Of a stretch of DNA of 64,000 nt, positions 36,950 to 51,085 are shown piece by piece. Every line of letters starts with the position of its first letter. The first letter of the stretch is position 1. The translations under genes were made by a program, and so were the position numbers. Origin of the DNA: Macrostomum lignano (Eukaryota); assembly GCA_002269645.1 (NCBI GenBank), contig NIVC01000177.1, positions 124,001 through 188,000 of the forward strand, in the 5' to 3' direction. The notes beneath the pieces were generated by a model that made no database searches, was not told the DNA's origin, and saw only the letters and a list, made by a program, of their open reading frames with translations.

Positions 36950-37728
36950 CTTTACTCTACTCTACTCTACTCTACTCTACTCTACTCTACTCTACTCTAC
37001 TCTACTCTACTCTACTCTACTCTACTCTACTCTACTCTACTCTACTCTACTCTACTTTACTCTACTCTACTCTAATCTACTCCATTCGACTCTACTCTAC
37101 TCTACTCTACTCTACTCTACTCTACTCCATTCGACTCTACTCTACTCTACTCTACTCCATTCGACTCTACTCTACTCTACTCTCTCTAATCTACTCTACT
37201 CTACTCTACTCTACTCTACTCTAATCTACTCTACTCTACTCTACTCTACTCTACTCTACTCTAATCTACTCTACTCTACTCTACTTTACTCTACTCTACT
37301 CTAATCTACTCTACTCTACTCTACTCTACTCTACTCTACTCTACTCTACTCTACTCTACTCTACTCTACTCTACTCTAATCTACTCTACTCTACTCTACT
37401 CTACTCTACTCTAATCTACTCTAATCTACTCTACTCTACTCTACTCTACTCTACTCTACTCTACTCTACTCTACTCTACTCTACTCTACTCTACTCTACT
37501 CTACTCTACTCTACTCTACTCTACTCTATTCGACTCTACTCTACTCAAATCTACTCTATTCTACTCTACTCTATTTGACTCTACTCTACTCTACTCTACT
37601 CTACTCTACTCTACTTTACTCTACTCTACTCTAATCTACTCCATTCGACTCTACTCTACTCTACTCTACTCCATTCGACTCTACTCTACTCTACTCTACT
37701 CCATTCGACTCTACTCTACTCTACTCTC
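36950..37728. repeat. (CTCTA)n pentanucleotide microsatellite
   Basis: Directly visible. Confidence 0.98.
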
Positions 37729-38059
37729 TCCACTCTATAATATATTTCAATTAAGAAAACCTCATTAACGATAGTTTAGTAAAATATTAACTTTCCTTAT
37801 TGTTACCGTTGTTATTAAAGGAAAAAGAAACCTCTACCTTTTAAAGTCGCTTAGAAAATCTGTAGACTGCCTGTCAATTATTATATCTTTCCAAGAGCAG
37901 TCGCATGGGGCGTCTCGGGCAAGCAAACAGAAAGAGATCCGAGTCTTTAACGGTAGCCTCCCCACACGATTATTTGGCCTCCTGCATGAGCCAATCAGGG
38001 GCTACGAAGTATTCGAGCATTTGCATAGATTCCCACGATTTTTAATTTCAAGACTCTAA

Positions 38060-38682
38060 CTTAAACCATAAACTAAACCCTAACCTTAACATGAACCTAA
38101 ACCCTTAACCCTAAACTAAACCGTAACCTAAACCCAAACCTAAATCAAAGCTTAAACCCTAACCTAAATCCTAACCTAAACCCTAAACCCTAACCTAAAA
38201 CCCAACCTGAACTACCTAAACCCCAACCTAAACCCTAAACCCCAACCTAAAACCTAAATCTCAACCTAAACCCTAAACCCCAACCTAAACTGCAACCCAA
38301 ACCCAAACCTAAACCGTAACCTAAACCGTAACCTAAACCGTAACCTAAACTGTAACCTAAACCGTAACCTAAACCGTAACCTAAACCGTAACCTAAACCG
38401 TAACCTAAACCCTAACCTAAACCCTAACCTAAACCCTAAACCCTAACCTAAACCCTAAACCCTAACATAAACCCTAAACCCAAACCTAAACCGTAACCTA
38501 AACCGTAACCTAAACCGTAACCTAAACCCTAAACCGTAACCCAAACCCTAAACCCTAACCTAAACCCTAAACCCTAACATAAACCCTAAACCCCAACCTA
38601 AACTGTAACTCAAACCCAAACCTAAACCGTAACCTAAACCGTAACCTAAACCGTAACCTAAACCCTAAACCCTAACCTCAAC
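38060..38682. repeat. Degenerate telomere-like C-rich tract (CCCTAA / CCCTAAA / CCGTAACCTAAA variants)
   Basis: Mixed AACCCTAA, AACCTAAA and AACCGTAA units, all in one orientation. Confidence 0.88.
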
Positions 38683-38821
38683 CCGAAATCATTGGCAGTC
38701 AAGTAGCAGGTAGAGAAGTGACTCTACTTTACTATATTTTTTCCGGTCTACTCTAACCATCTCTACCATCTACCCTAGTCCTCCACTCTACCCCACTCAA
38801 CTCTAGCTTCAGTGAAATGCT

Positions 38822-39088
38822 CTATTCAACTTTCTCTGCTCTACTCCTCGAAATACTCTGCAATACTTTACGAGACTGTCGTCTCCGCCCGATCAGTGCG
38901 CAAAAAACGCATTTCCCCTGAGGCCGACGCGCTGCGGCGCCTTCCAGAAGATGTCGATTATCCAGCATCCCTGGGGGCGCCAGGCTGCACTGGTCGAGCC
39001 AGTTCTTTGCCAGATTCTTCCAGCGAGTTGCTAATGAGATATTCGGCCCATTGACAAGCCGTCTCAGGCTCAGGAACAGGGAGCTCAT
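38822..39088 (-). mobile_element. Possible DNA-transposase C-terminal remnant (piggyBac-like Cys-rich tail)
   Basis: H...GKCVFC...RRRQSR loosely recalls piggyBac C-terminal zinc fingers. Very weak. Confidence 0.2.
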
Positions 39089-39854
39089 TTCTTTTTATAT
39101 TTCTCCCATTAGGCGTCGGCCAAATGATGAGAATTGGGATATTGAAAGAATTGAGCTTCATCTGAGAGGCTGCAAATCCCGCGAGGATGCGGGATTCTGT
39201 GCGCCCAAGGCTGAGCTAGACTGATTCGCTTCAATATAAAATTTGGACAAATCGTACGCATTTTACTCTACTTATTGATATGGCCACTGAGTAGTAAGTA
39301 GCGTTTATTTCAAGGAATTTTTGTAATCATGAATTTTTCACCTGCCTGCCAGTAAGATTGACGATTTTGATTTTGATAAAAATGCTACTGAATACTACCA
39401 GGTGAGATTACAGCTTTTCCTATGTATCCTACGCAAATCCTTATTTGATTTGATTAGAGATCTGCAAAATCTGGGCTTGAAATCAATTCCCGTAGGGTAA
39501 CTATGGACTGCATTGCTCAAGAGGCCATGTGGGAAGCCAGCAAAGACCAAAACAGCTCGTGTTTCATGTCAGGCTGCCAATTCAATGCTAGACGATCACC
39601 TGACCAGTCGAACCAAAGTGGCCTGCACGGTTAAACAGCTGAGCCACAGAGCAGTCAGGTCGCAGGCAATCCACTTGGGCGGCTCACGAGCATTAAAAAT
39701 TTATACGGCTATTGATCGGGACCTCGGTAAACTACAAAGCCAATAAAAACTTTCACTCGGCTCTGGGAGCTAGAGAACCTGCCGCCGCGTCTCTGCTCTT
39801 TGATAGCTCTCTCGATGCCCGCTGAGTTTATTACTCATATTGGAGGACTTACTA

Positions 39855-40212
39855 CAGTCCAGTCCGCTAAAACCCAGTCCACTCATTCCAGTCCACTCAT
39901 CCTAGTCCACTCACCCCAGCTGCAGTCCACTAATCCCAGTCCACTAATCCGAGCTACAGTCCACTCATCCCAGTCCGCTAACCTCAGTCCGCTCACCCCA
40001 GTTCACTAATCCCAGCTGCAGTGCACTCGCCCCAGTCCACTCATCCCAGCTGCAGTGCACTCGCCCCAGTCCACTCATCCCAGCTGCAGTGCACTCGCCC
40101 CAGTCCACTCATCCCAGCTGCAGTGCACTCGCCCCAGTCCACTCATCCCAGCTGCAGTGCACTCGCCCCAGTCCACTCATCCCAGCTGCAGTGCACTCGC
40201 CCCAGTCCACTC
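39855..40212. repeat. 34-bp minisatellite (CCACTCATCCCAGCTGCAGTGCACTCGCCCCAGT), degenerate 5' copies and homogeneous 3' copies
   Basis: Directly visible. Confidence 0.92.
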
Positions 40213-40690
40213 GCTGTTTTAGGACTGGGACAGTATACAAGCTACAAGAGCTCAAAATCGCGGCAATACAAGCTCACAGGCTAAGTTGCTTCTCGCAGTT
40301 TTGAAATTCGTCTGTAAAATAATTATTGATAAAAGTGCAAGCAAGACCGGCATCATCCAGTCCTCAGCCTCTCTCTCTCTCTCTCTCTCTCGCTCAGCAT
40401 GGCAGCATGGTGGCATCGAATATTCCGGCCACGTCTTCAGCAACAGCTGCCCGCAATCAGCGTCCGAGACTTCATCTCACCCCCTGGCTAGCACCCGCCC
40501 CTCGCCGGGGGGCTCTAGCCGCAACATGCTTTATAAGATTTATCGAAGTGCCGAGTCTGCAAGAACAATCGATCTCTGCCGTCAGCCAGCCCTAACATAA
40601 GTTATCCTAACAGCGAGTGTCTGAGCTGCATTCGCAACACTTAATTGCCTGTTCAAAAACTGCTGATTTATAACGAAGCGTATTGTTCAA

Positions 40691-40952
40691 GGGGGGTTGT
40701 AGCCCAGTGGCGACTGAAAGGTCGGGGGTTCGATTCTCGACCCAATTGGAACATTAAGCAAGAAACTTAATTCTGCATTGCTTCAGTTCTCCCAGCTGTA
40801 AAATGGGTGCCTGCATTAGCTGGGGCAATTGAGGCTGTGTGGCGACCCCCCCCCCCAGTCCCTGGACTGAACAGCCGCAATAGTTGCTTGAGCTGTCGGT
40901 TGCACATCTGGCCCAATTAGGGCGGGTGTAATCAATTACTAATGTCATCTGC
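40691..40952 (+). mobile_element. tRNA-derived SINE with a CORE-like central domain and 9-bp TSD
   Basis: Head TAGCCCAGTGG...GGTTCGATTC (A/B boxes). The interior TTAAGCAAGAAACTTAA...CAGTTCTCCCAGCTGTAAAATGGG resembles the CORE/MIR motif CAGTTTCCTCATCTGTAAAATGGG. ATTGTTCAA flanks both ends (40682-40690 and 40953-40961). Confidence 0.8.
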
Positions 40953-41812
40953 ATTGTTCAAACTCTCCGACCTAAAGCTCCGTTGCTAAGGGGCTGAGTC
41001 TGTGCAAGAATTCCCCGAGATAAGCTCGGCAGATGGTCAAGCTGATTGTCAGCAGAACTGACCAAGCATGCCGCATGCGGATGGCTGCGAAATAATTGCT
41101 CACGGCTGCCAGTCGATAAAGTGACCCCTGCTGCAACATTTGAATTGAAGAGAACGCGGGAGAGCGGGAGCGTGAGAAGCTGGGAGGAGGGGTGTAAAAG
41201 CCATTAGCGCGCTCGGAGCAGATGGATGAGGCGTGCAGCAGCCTCTTCAGTGCATCCAGTGTTGAGCCGTCAACTCTCGTGTTCAAAGCGCTGCTGCACA
41301 GACCGCTTAAGCATTAAAGAGAGAAAGAAACACACCTCTTTCCCTTTCAGCATCTTCTCCCCTGCATCTTTTCCTGATGGTCTATTTTTCCCCTGGAGGA
41401 TGTATCTACCCCCAAGCCCGCCGGCTTTCTTCTCAGCTCCATATTCCAGGAATCATCCAATTGGTCGAGCCCGACTCCCCCCCCCCCTGCTGCCCTCCAT
41501 TTCACCCCTCCACCGAAAAAGTCCTCGGGTTTAGTTTGGGGATCCTGGCGACTCTGCATTGTATTTGGGGAAGAACGGGGGGGAGGGGGAGGAGGGGGCG
41601 GAGAAAGCGGCCGGCCAACCCGAGGAGGAGTTTGAGGCCTGCGGGGAGCGAGAGGGCGCAGTCGTCGAAAGATAAACACCGAGCAGGCTGGGGCGCTCGG
41701 GCTCCTGCCTCCTCCGCTGCCTTCCCTTCTGCTCCGTTGCCTGACTCCGCGCTGTGAAGAAAAGTAGACGGACAAATCTCTGACGAAGTGTCGTTGGTAG
41801 TGCAGGACCTCA

Positions 41813-43646
<1,834 letters not shown>

Positions 43647-43736
43647 GTTAGTTGAAGCAGACTCGGCGTTAATTGGCTGCGAATAATACAGAATGCGCTG
43701 CTCCCGTGCCCGCACCTGGGCTCCCTGGGCACGGAA

Positions 43737-44724
43737 GCTTGTGCCTGAGTCCCTGCCAGTCCTAGCTTGTGCCTGAGTCCCTGCCAGTCCTAGCTTGTGC
43801 CTGAGTCCCTGCCAGTCTTAGCTTGTGCCTGAGTCCCTGCCAGTCTTAGCTTGTGCCTGAGTCCCTGCCAGTCCTAGCTTGTGCCTGAGTCCCTGCCAGT
43901 CTTAGCTTGTGCCTGAGTCCCTGCCAGTCCTAGCTTGTGCCTGAGTCCCTGCCAGTGCTAGCTTGTGCCTGAGTCCCTGCCAGTCTTAGCTTGTGCCTGA
44001 GTCCCTGCCAGTCCTAGCTTGTGCCTGAGTCCCTGCCAGTCCTAGCTTGTGCCTGAGTCCCTGCCAGTCCTAGCTTGTGCCTGAGTCCCTGCCAGTCCTA
44101 GCTTGTGCCTGAGTCCCTGCCAGTCCTAGCTTGTGCCTGAGTCCCTGCCAGTCTTAGCTTGTGCCTGAGTCCCTGCCAGTCTTAGCTTGTGCCTGAGTCC
44201 CTGCCAGTCCTAGCTTGTGCCTGAGTCCCTGCCAGTCTTAGCTTGTGCCTGAGTCCCTGCCAGTCCTAGCTTGTGCCTGAGTCCTTGCCAGTCCTAGCTT
44301 GTGCCTGAGTCCCTGCCAGTCTTAGCTTGTGCCTGAGTCCCTGCCAGTCTTAGCTTGTGCCTGAGTCCCTGCCAGTCCTAGCTTGCGTCTGAGCCACCTC
44401 CAGACCTAGCTTGTGTCAGAGCCAGTCCTAGCTTGTGCCTGAGCCACCTCCAGACCTAGCTTGTGTCAGAGCCAGTCCTAGCTTGCGTCTGAGCCACCTC
44501 CAGTCCTAGCTTGTGTCTGAGCCAGTCCTAGCTTGTGTCTGAGCCACCTCCAGTCCTAGCTTGTGTCTGAGCCAGACCTAGCTTGTGTCTGAGCCAGACC
44601 TAGCTTGTGTCTGAGCCAGTCCTAGCTTGTGTCTGAGCCAGTCCTAGCTTGTGTCTGAGCCAGTCCTAGCTTGTGTCTGAGCCAGTCCTAGCTAGTGTCT
44701 GAGCCAGTCCTAGCTTGTGTCTGA
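43737..44724. repeat. 28-bp minisatellite (AGCTTGTGCCTGAGTCCCTGCCAGTCCT) grading into a 22-bp unit (GAGCCAGTCCTAGCTTGTGTCT)
   Basis: Directly visible; the transition is at about 44385-44560. Confidence 0.96.
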
Positions 44725-46044
44725 ACCACCGCCAAAACTGACTTGTGTTCCTCATCGACCAGCTGTAACAGCTAAGCATAGAGTCCAGTTCAAATACTGT
44801 CCCACGTATTATGATTCAGAAAATTTGAATTATCTGGCGAGGTAAATCCGTGCAACAGAATATTAAAGAGGAGCAACACTTTAAATGTCTGCTAGCTGTG
44901 TATCTCTTTCCGTCTCAGTCCACAATTCCAAAGCAGATCCTGCCTTCATAGTTGAGTAGGTCCGTCAATAAACTGTCAATAATTCTCAGATTCGTTCTCG
45001 GAAGAAAAAGCCAGACTGTGCAGCAGATCGGATGTCAGAACTCTGCAGCCCAGGACAACCTGCGTCAGCGACTCAGCGACTTATTCGAAGTGAGGAAGGA
45101 GAATCCAGTACTTCCAGCTGCTCCCGCAGACCAAGGCTCACCTTGCAAATGTGGGATTAACATTTAGAGACGCAGCTCAAGCTCTAAGAAGTTGTAAACC
45201 TCTTGGTGCCCAGCTTTCGGAAGCTTTCCCTATCTGCATTGAAATTTCTCGGCCACTCAAGCTGGCTTTCAGAGAAAAAACTGACTCAATAGAAACTCCT
45301 ATTGAATTTGTATGGGGCTTTAAGTGCAAATTTGAAGCTGTGACAGGTTCTCCTAAACAGCAGCGCAAATATGCTAGAACCAACGCTGAGACACTTTCAA
45401 GTTAACAGCTGCTGCTGCTGTACTGAGTTTCAATGTAGCAGACTTTTCAGAGTTTACCTCTTTTCAGAAAACTGGGAAGGTAATTAGCAAGCTAGAAGCA
45501 CCGCAACCCGGGGAGGCTGGGAGAATGGACGAGAGTTCGATGAGTAACTTAACTTAAAAAGCTTCCTTTTTCCTATCTTTAGGAGAGTTAACTCCATCAG
45601 GATTTACCACAGCCCGCAAGACAAGCTGTCAATAACTAAATTGATAGATAGCCATCACAGGTCAGGGCGCATTAGGAGGGCTAGCAGGCCTAAATAGAAA
45701 GCAAACACTGCCTATAGTCAATGCTTCATTCCGTGTGTTTGCTGAACAATTTTGCATTATTTTGAATGAAAGTTTTGGGGCCTCCGTTACCATGGCAGTT
45801 TTGAGAGACTGAGCCGTGGGGATGCGGTGCAGAGGTCTTTAGCTTCAGCTATGCTTCAAGCATTCAATGGGCTACAGTCATTGAATCAGATAATAACTAT
45901 ATGAGGTTACCTTCCTGCTGAATTAAAATGCAAAGAGCTCTGTCTAGATGATGACACTGACAGTCACTAAGGTACGAAAATGAGCGACAGCATGCCTGAG
46001 ATTCCCCCCCGGTAACCGTTTCAGCCGCCAGGCGTCAGTCGCCG

Positions 46045-47817
46045 ATGCCGCCACCCCGCAGCGGCATGATGCTGTTCTGCGAGTGCAGCTCCATCCGCGG
46101 CATGCCCAAAATTGCGCGCTCCTCGTCGAACTTCCTGCGCAAAATGTGGCTGGCCTTCGTCGTGATCATGACACTGGTGCTCATCATCTCCTCTTCTCTG
46201 TCCGTTCACTCCTACCTTCAATATGATGTCATCGTTCACACATCTGACATCCCCAATTTTGCTTCACCTTTCCCTGCCATCACCGTTTGTCTTCACCAGC
46301 CTTTCTCGTCGAGGGCCTTCAAGCTGTGGAGCAACAGGTCCGTGATGTCGCCGCGCGAGTACAATGCTCTGCTGCGTCGCTGGGCCCTGGAGGCCATCAA
46401 CAAGACTAGCGATTTCTTTCGGATCCAGAAAAAGGACGCCGATCCCATATCCTACTCCCTCTACTACGACATGCTGGAGGTGTACTACCAAAACATCCCG
46501 CTGCGTGACATCACTGTACTAAGCCACGATCCCAGCGTCATACGAAAGTGCATCGTAAAAACTGACGGCGTCAGCCACTTCAAGGACCCGTGCAACCTGA
46601 CGGAGCACGGCTTCAGCATAAAGCTTTTCTCGCATCCGAAGCACCTGAACTGCTACACGGTGGAGCCGAATACTCCAGCGGCCTCTTTCGACACTCAGTT
46701 CCTCGGCCTCGCAGTGGACCTCGGCCCCCCGCCTGACTATGCCAATTTCCAGCAGGGCTTTCTCAACGACGTCTTCGACCAGGCCACGGGCCTGCGAGTA
46801 GTCATCCACGAACCCAACCGCTACCCGAACGTGGAGCACTTTGGCAAAAACATCGAGGCTGGCAAGATGACTGAGCTGGCCTACACTCCCACGCTGTGGA
46901 ATCGCAGCAACACCCCTGTGAATCCGTGCATCACCAGCGGCGAGTCATTCACGGATCTTGGGCGCAGGTTCGATTACACTCAGCGAGAGTGCGCCAACAA
47001 GCACCTGCAGGAGTTGGCGATTCGCCGCTGCAACTGCATCGTCTGTTTGCCCGGGGTTCCTCGCACCCAGCCTCCGAGCAAGGAGCTGCCCTATTGCGCC
47101 TCTTTTACAAGCGAGTACAACAGTACTTTCGAGGACTTTGTCCGCCAGCTGCAGTGCTACGTTGAAATAACGCGGGACCTGCCGCAGTGGCCCTGCCTGC
47201 CACGCTGCCTCCTGACGGAGTACGAGACAAAATTGTCGGTGACCTACTGGGGCGCGACCGACTGGCAAGTTTACTGGTCAGGAAAGTTCGTCAATGACAT
47301 TGAGGAGCTCGGCGACCTCATTAAAGAGCGCGAGGGCAGGACGGGCCACGGCGAGGCTGCTCTGCGACCGCGCTTCGAGGCGCTGAAGGAGCGGCTCCTG
47401 CGATACCTGACCAAAGCCAACCTGACTGCGATCGCCAATGGCCAGGGGCCGGACGACATGGTCGAGTCCAAGAATTTTGCTTACGTTGTGCTGAAGCGCA
47501 AAAGCGAAAACCTCATTCTCAAAGAGGAGAAACAAGTGCTGACGCTAAACGCGCTCATGTCGCAGATCGGCGGCCTCTGCTCTCTCACCATCGGGCTCAC
47601 CTGTGCCTGCGCCGTCGAGGTCATCGAATTTTTCTACATCTACCTGACTGGCAAAGGCGGCGGAGCGGGGAATGCCGCTGCCCCCGCCATCCGACAGGAG
47701 AAGTCAGTTCCGCTCCGGTCGTCTCGGACGGAAGACGAAGACGCTTCTCCAGCAATTACGCATCCAGGGCAGTCTCTGAATTCGCAACATCACACTGCGA
47801 AACCGTCTGAACTGTAG
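46045..47817 (+). CDS. DEG/ENaC/ASIC-superfamily channel subunit (main exon, 590 aa from ATG 46045; about 659 aa with the upstream exons)
   Basis: Pre-TM1 FCECSSIRGMPKI, TM1 MWLAFVVIMTLVLII, FPAITVC, NCYT, GLRVVIHEP..YP, Cys-rich thumb (C...YTQREC..C.C, CLPRC), TM2 LMSQIGGLCSLTIGLT..VEVIEF. Confidence 0.96.
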   Translation: MPPPRSGMMLFCECSSIRGMPKIARSSSNFLRKMWLAFVVIMTLVLIISSSLSVHSYLQYDVIVHTSDIPNFASPFPAITVCLHQPFSSRAFKLWSNRSVMSPREYNALLRRWALEAINKTSDFFRIQKKDADPISYSLYYDMLEVYYQNIPLRDITVLSHDPSVIRKCIVKTDGVSHFKDPCNLTEHGFSIKLFSHPKHLNCYTVEPNTPAASFDTQFLGLAVDLGPPPDYANFQQGFLNDVFDQATGLRVVIHEPNRYPNVEHFGKNIEAGKMTELAYTPTLWNRSNTPVNPCITSGESFTDLGRRFDYTQRECANKHLQELAIRRCNCIVCLPGVPRTQPPSKELPYCASFTSEYNSTFEDFVRQLQCYVEITRDLPQWPCLPRCLLTEYETKLSVTYWGATDWQVYWSGKFVNDIEELGDLIKEREGRTGHGEAALRPRFEALKERLLRYLTKANLTAIANGQGPDDMVESKNFAYVVLKRKSENLILKEEKQVLTLNALMSQIGGLCSLTIGLTCACAVEVIEFFYIYLTGKGGGAGNAAAPAIRQEKSVPLRSSRTEDEDASPAITHPGQSLNSQHHTAKPSEL

Positions 47818-48184
47818 AAATTAGTTTTTTATCTCTCAAAGCGAACAACTTCAAAACTGTTCTTAGTTTCTAGTTTACAAATTAAACAAAAATACTCCTT
47901 ATCTGCGTTCCTCTTTCTTTGATTTTTCCTCTGCACCGCTGCATCACGCTCGCTATATTTTGTATCTGAGCTGACTTTCATCTGGCATTGTACTTTTAAT
48001 AAATTTAGCTTTATCAAGACACAAGAGAAAATATTGCAGTCAATAATTGTCTTGTTGTTTATTCATCAAAGTACACCGAGGGAGGAATAGGTTAAGAGGT
48101 GAGCTGAAATCGGTGAGGAGTGAAAATAATTGAGATCACTGGTGTAATCTCTGCATGGTAGAACAGAGGACAAAACTGCTCTCA

Positions 48185-48504
48185 CTGAATGATCTGAGAG
48201 GGTATCATCCATCACCCACTGAATGGTCTGAGAGGGTATCATTCATCACTCACTAAATGGTCTGAGAGGGTATCATTCATCACTCACTGAATGGTCTGAG
48301 AGGGTATCATCACTCACTGAATGATCTGAGAGGGTATCAGCTCTGATCTGAGAGGGTATCAGCTCTGATTTGAGAGGGTATCAGCTCTGATCTGAGAGGG
48401 TATCAGCTCTGATCTGAGAGGGTATCAGCTCTGATTTGAGAGGGTATCAGCTCTGATTTGAGAGGGTATCAGCTCTGATCTGAGAGGGTATCAGCTCTGA
48501 TCTG
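48185..48504. repeat. Minisatellite, ~36-bp unit collapsing to a 22-bp unit (AGCTCTGATCTGAGAGGGTATC)
   Basis: Directly visible. Confidence 0.9.
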
Positions 48505-48525
48505 AATAATCCAACCAAATCAACC

Positions 48526-48748
48526 AAACCCCAAGGCGCAGTGAAGTGTACATGCCTAAAGATAAATAAAGTTAGGGCCGCTGTACACTCCTGTGTGAGT
48601 GTGTGCCTGTGCGTATGACTGCGTACGTATCCGCGCGCTTGTGTGCCTGCTCAGGGGAGTCGGCGGAATGGGCAGCAATGCCTCTCGCCGGTTGTGCGAC
48701 AATGTTGCTTAAAGTGCGCCACGGTACACACAGGCCCCTGCCTCTAAT
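48526..48748 (+). mobile_element. 5'-truncated copy of the SINE at 17781-18139
   Basis: Near-identical reverse complement of about 17790-18000 (CAGTGAAGTG...GTTAGGGCCGCTGTACACTCCTGTGTGAGTGTGTGCCTGTGCGTATGACTGCGTACGTATCCGCGCG...). Confidence 0.88.
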
Positions 48749-49494
48749 AAAAAAATCTTCTGAAGTCTAAACAGCTGGTTTCTTCCAGTCTCCGCTCCCG
48801 CTGCAGGCTAGGCTTTCCCGTCTCCCATTCCACCTCCATCAGCCTGTGTAGCAATTTCTGCTCCCCTCCATCTTTGCTCTCACAGCGAGCTTTTCTCTCC
48901 CCCCCACCCCCTAGCCAAAACCTTTTGTCTTCGTGTAAGCTTTGTCCCCATCCCTTGCTGCGCTCGACTGATTGCGAGAAACTGTTCACAGCTGAGAGGC
49001 TCTTGTATAGTGGCAGCAGAAGCGCGCGTGTTGCATAAACACACTTAACACATGCTCTGAGAGCATAGGAGAGGCGGAATAGCACAGGCGGTCTCGTTGG
49101 ATAATTTGTAACCCGCCTCCAGATGCAGCTGAGCCAGAAATGCCGCTTCACGTCACTCTGCGCTTTGTCCATCCCGCGGGCAAAGCAAACACAAGCGATT
49201 GGTTGGTCCGCACTAATGAAAACTGGAAAGATGAAGGCAGAAAAAAGATGTTGCTCTAGAAGCCAAATGCTATAGTTTCAACCCGAGCCGAAACGTAGGC
49301 TAAATAGTCTGCCAGGTGAATTTCTGGACCGATTCTACCTCTGCCCGGCCATTGCAGCATGCAGCTGCATTGCATACATTGCCAGTGTGAAAAATTAACC
49401 TTGCCAATTGCAATTGCCATCCAAGTATTGAAAGTTTTGAGTTGATTATTTTCCTGTAGCTTGTATTGCAGACACAGATTTGCAACTAAATAAT

Positions 49495-50003
49495 TGGTAG
49501 ACAGGTAGGTAGATAGGTAGGTAGGTAGGTAGGTAGATAGGTAGGTTGGTAGATTGGTAGGTAGGTAGATAGGTAGGTAGTAGGTAGGTAGGTAGATAGG
49601 TAGGTTGGTAGATAGCTAGGTTGGTAGATAGGTAGATAGGTAGGTAGGTAGATAGATGGGTAGGTTGGTAGATAGGTTGGTTGGTAGATAGGTAGGCAGG
49701 TAGATAGGTAGGCAGGTAGATAGGTAGGTAGGTAGATAGATGGGTAGGTAGGTAGGTAGGTAGGTAGGTAGATAGGTAGGTTGGTAGATTGGTAGGTTGG
49801 TAGATAGCTAGGTTGGTAGATAGGTAGATAGGTAAGGTAGATAGATGGGTAGGTTGGTAGATAGGTTGGTTGGTAGATAGGTTGGCAGGTAGATAGGTAG
49901 GCAGGTAGATAGGTAGATAGGTAGATAGATGGGGGTAGGTAGGTAGATAGGTAGGTTGGTAGATAGGTAGGTAGGTAGATAGGTAGGCAGGTAGATAGGT
50001 AGG
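49495..50003. repeat. Compound (AGGT/AGAT/TGGT)n tetranucleotide microsatellite
   Basis: Directly visible. Confidence 0.96.
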
Positions 50004-50603
50004 CATGCTGACACACAGATAAAGCTGACCGCAGAGGGTAGGGCGTTGCCTCTGCTTGTCAATGGCTTCCATCAGAACGATTATCTCTGGTCGCAAAGGC
50101 AGTCCACCTTATCCCCAGTTATCCCTGGCAAACCCTGCCGCTAATCGCGACCCTGCTATCGAACCTCTGATGCAAGCAAGTGCGTTAAACTGGCGCATTT
50201 CCTGCCGGATCCCGCAAATCCAGCGCCTGCACTCAAGCCCCGATTTCCACTGCTACCTCAGAGCTTGGCTGTTGGCGCGCGATTGATAAGTCTGGCGGAT
50301 CAGAGCGGACAGGCAATTGCTGGATTTGCGCTTTTACAACTCCGATGCATTAACGGATTCTTGCTAGGCATGGCTGCCCGCACCCAGAATCAAAGGTTCA
50401 TAAAAAATCCTCAAATCGTTAAGATAGAAGATAGAATTCAGGTGACTGCTTTGTCATTATTATCTGAATTTTTATTTCGATTTACATCATACTACTAGAA
50501 GTATCACACTGCAGCGTTTCTTCTTTTTTAGTTATCAGTAAAACTGGCCAACTAGTTTATTAACAAACTGCAAAATTACATAATTACAAATAGCGATTTG
50601 TTT

Positions 50604-50655
<52 letters not shown>

Positions 50656-50659
50656 GCTT

Positions 50660-50741
<82 letters not shown>

Positions 50742-50827
50742 TGCTTCTACTACTGCTACTACTACTACTACTACTGCTACTACTGCTACTACTACTACTA
50801 CTACTACTACTGCTGCTTCTACTACTG

Positions 50828-50863
<36 letters not shown>

Positions 50864-50869
50864 ATGCTT

Positions 50870-50926
<57 letters not shown>

Positions 50927-50941
50927 ATGCTTCTACTACTG

Positions 50942-50997
<56 letters not shown>

Positions 50998-51085
50998 GCT
51001 ACTACTACTACTACTACTACTGCTTCTACTACTGCTACTACTACTACTACTACTACTACTACTAATACTACTACTACTACTACTA
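50604..51085. repeat. (CTA)n trinucleotide microsatellite about 200 bp upstream of the GPCR
   Basis: Directly visible. It explains the poly-Y and poly-L ORFs. Confidence 0.98.

Noticed and set aside
31255-38682. G-rich array followed by C-rich telomere-like tract as a chromosome-fusion signature
   Set aside because: The G-rich unit is not the telomeric repeat, sits in an intron, and is 6 kb away with a gene-like ORF in between. There is no head-to-head junction.
40286-41775. Several 90-140 aa GC-rich ORFs
   Set aside because: No recognisable domain or consistent splice pattern. 41500-41810 is more simply the promoter/5' UTR of the DEG/ENaC model.
48744-49172. 142-aa minus-strand ORF
   Set aside because: No domain or codon-like GC pattern, and it abuts a SINE. 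Probably repeat or LTR-like DNA.
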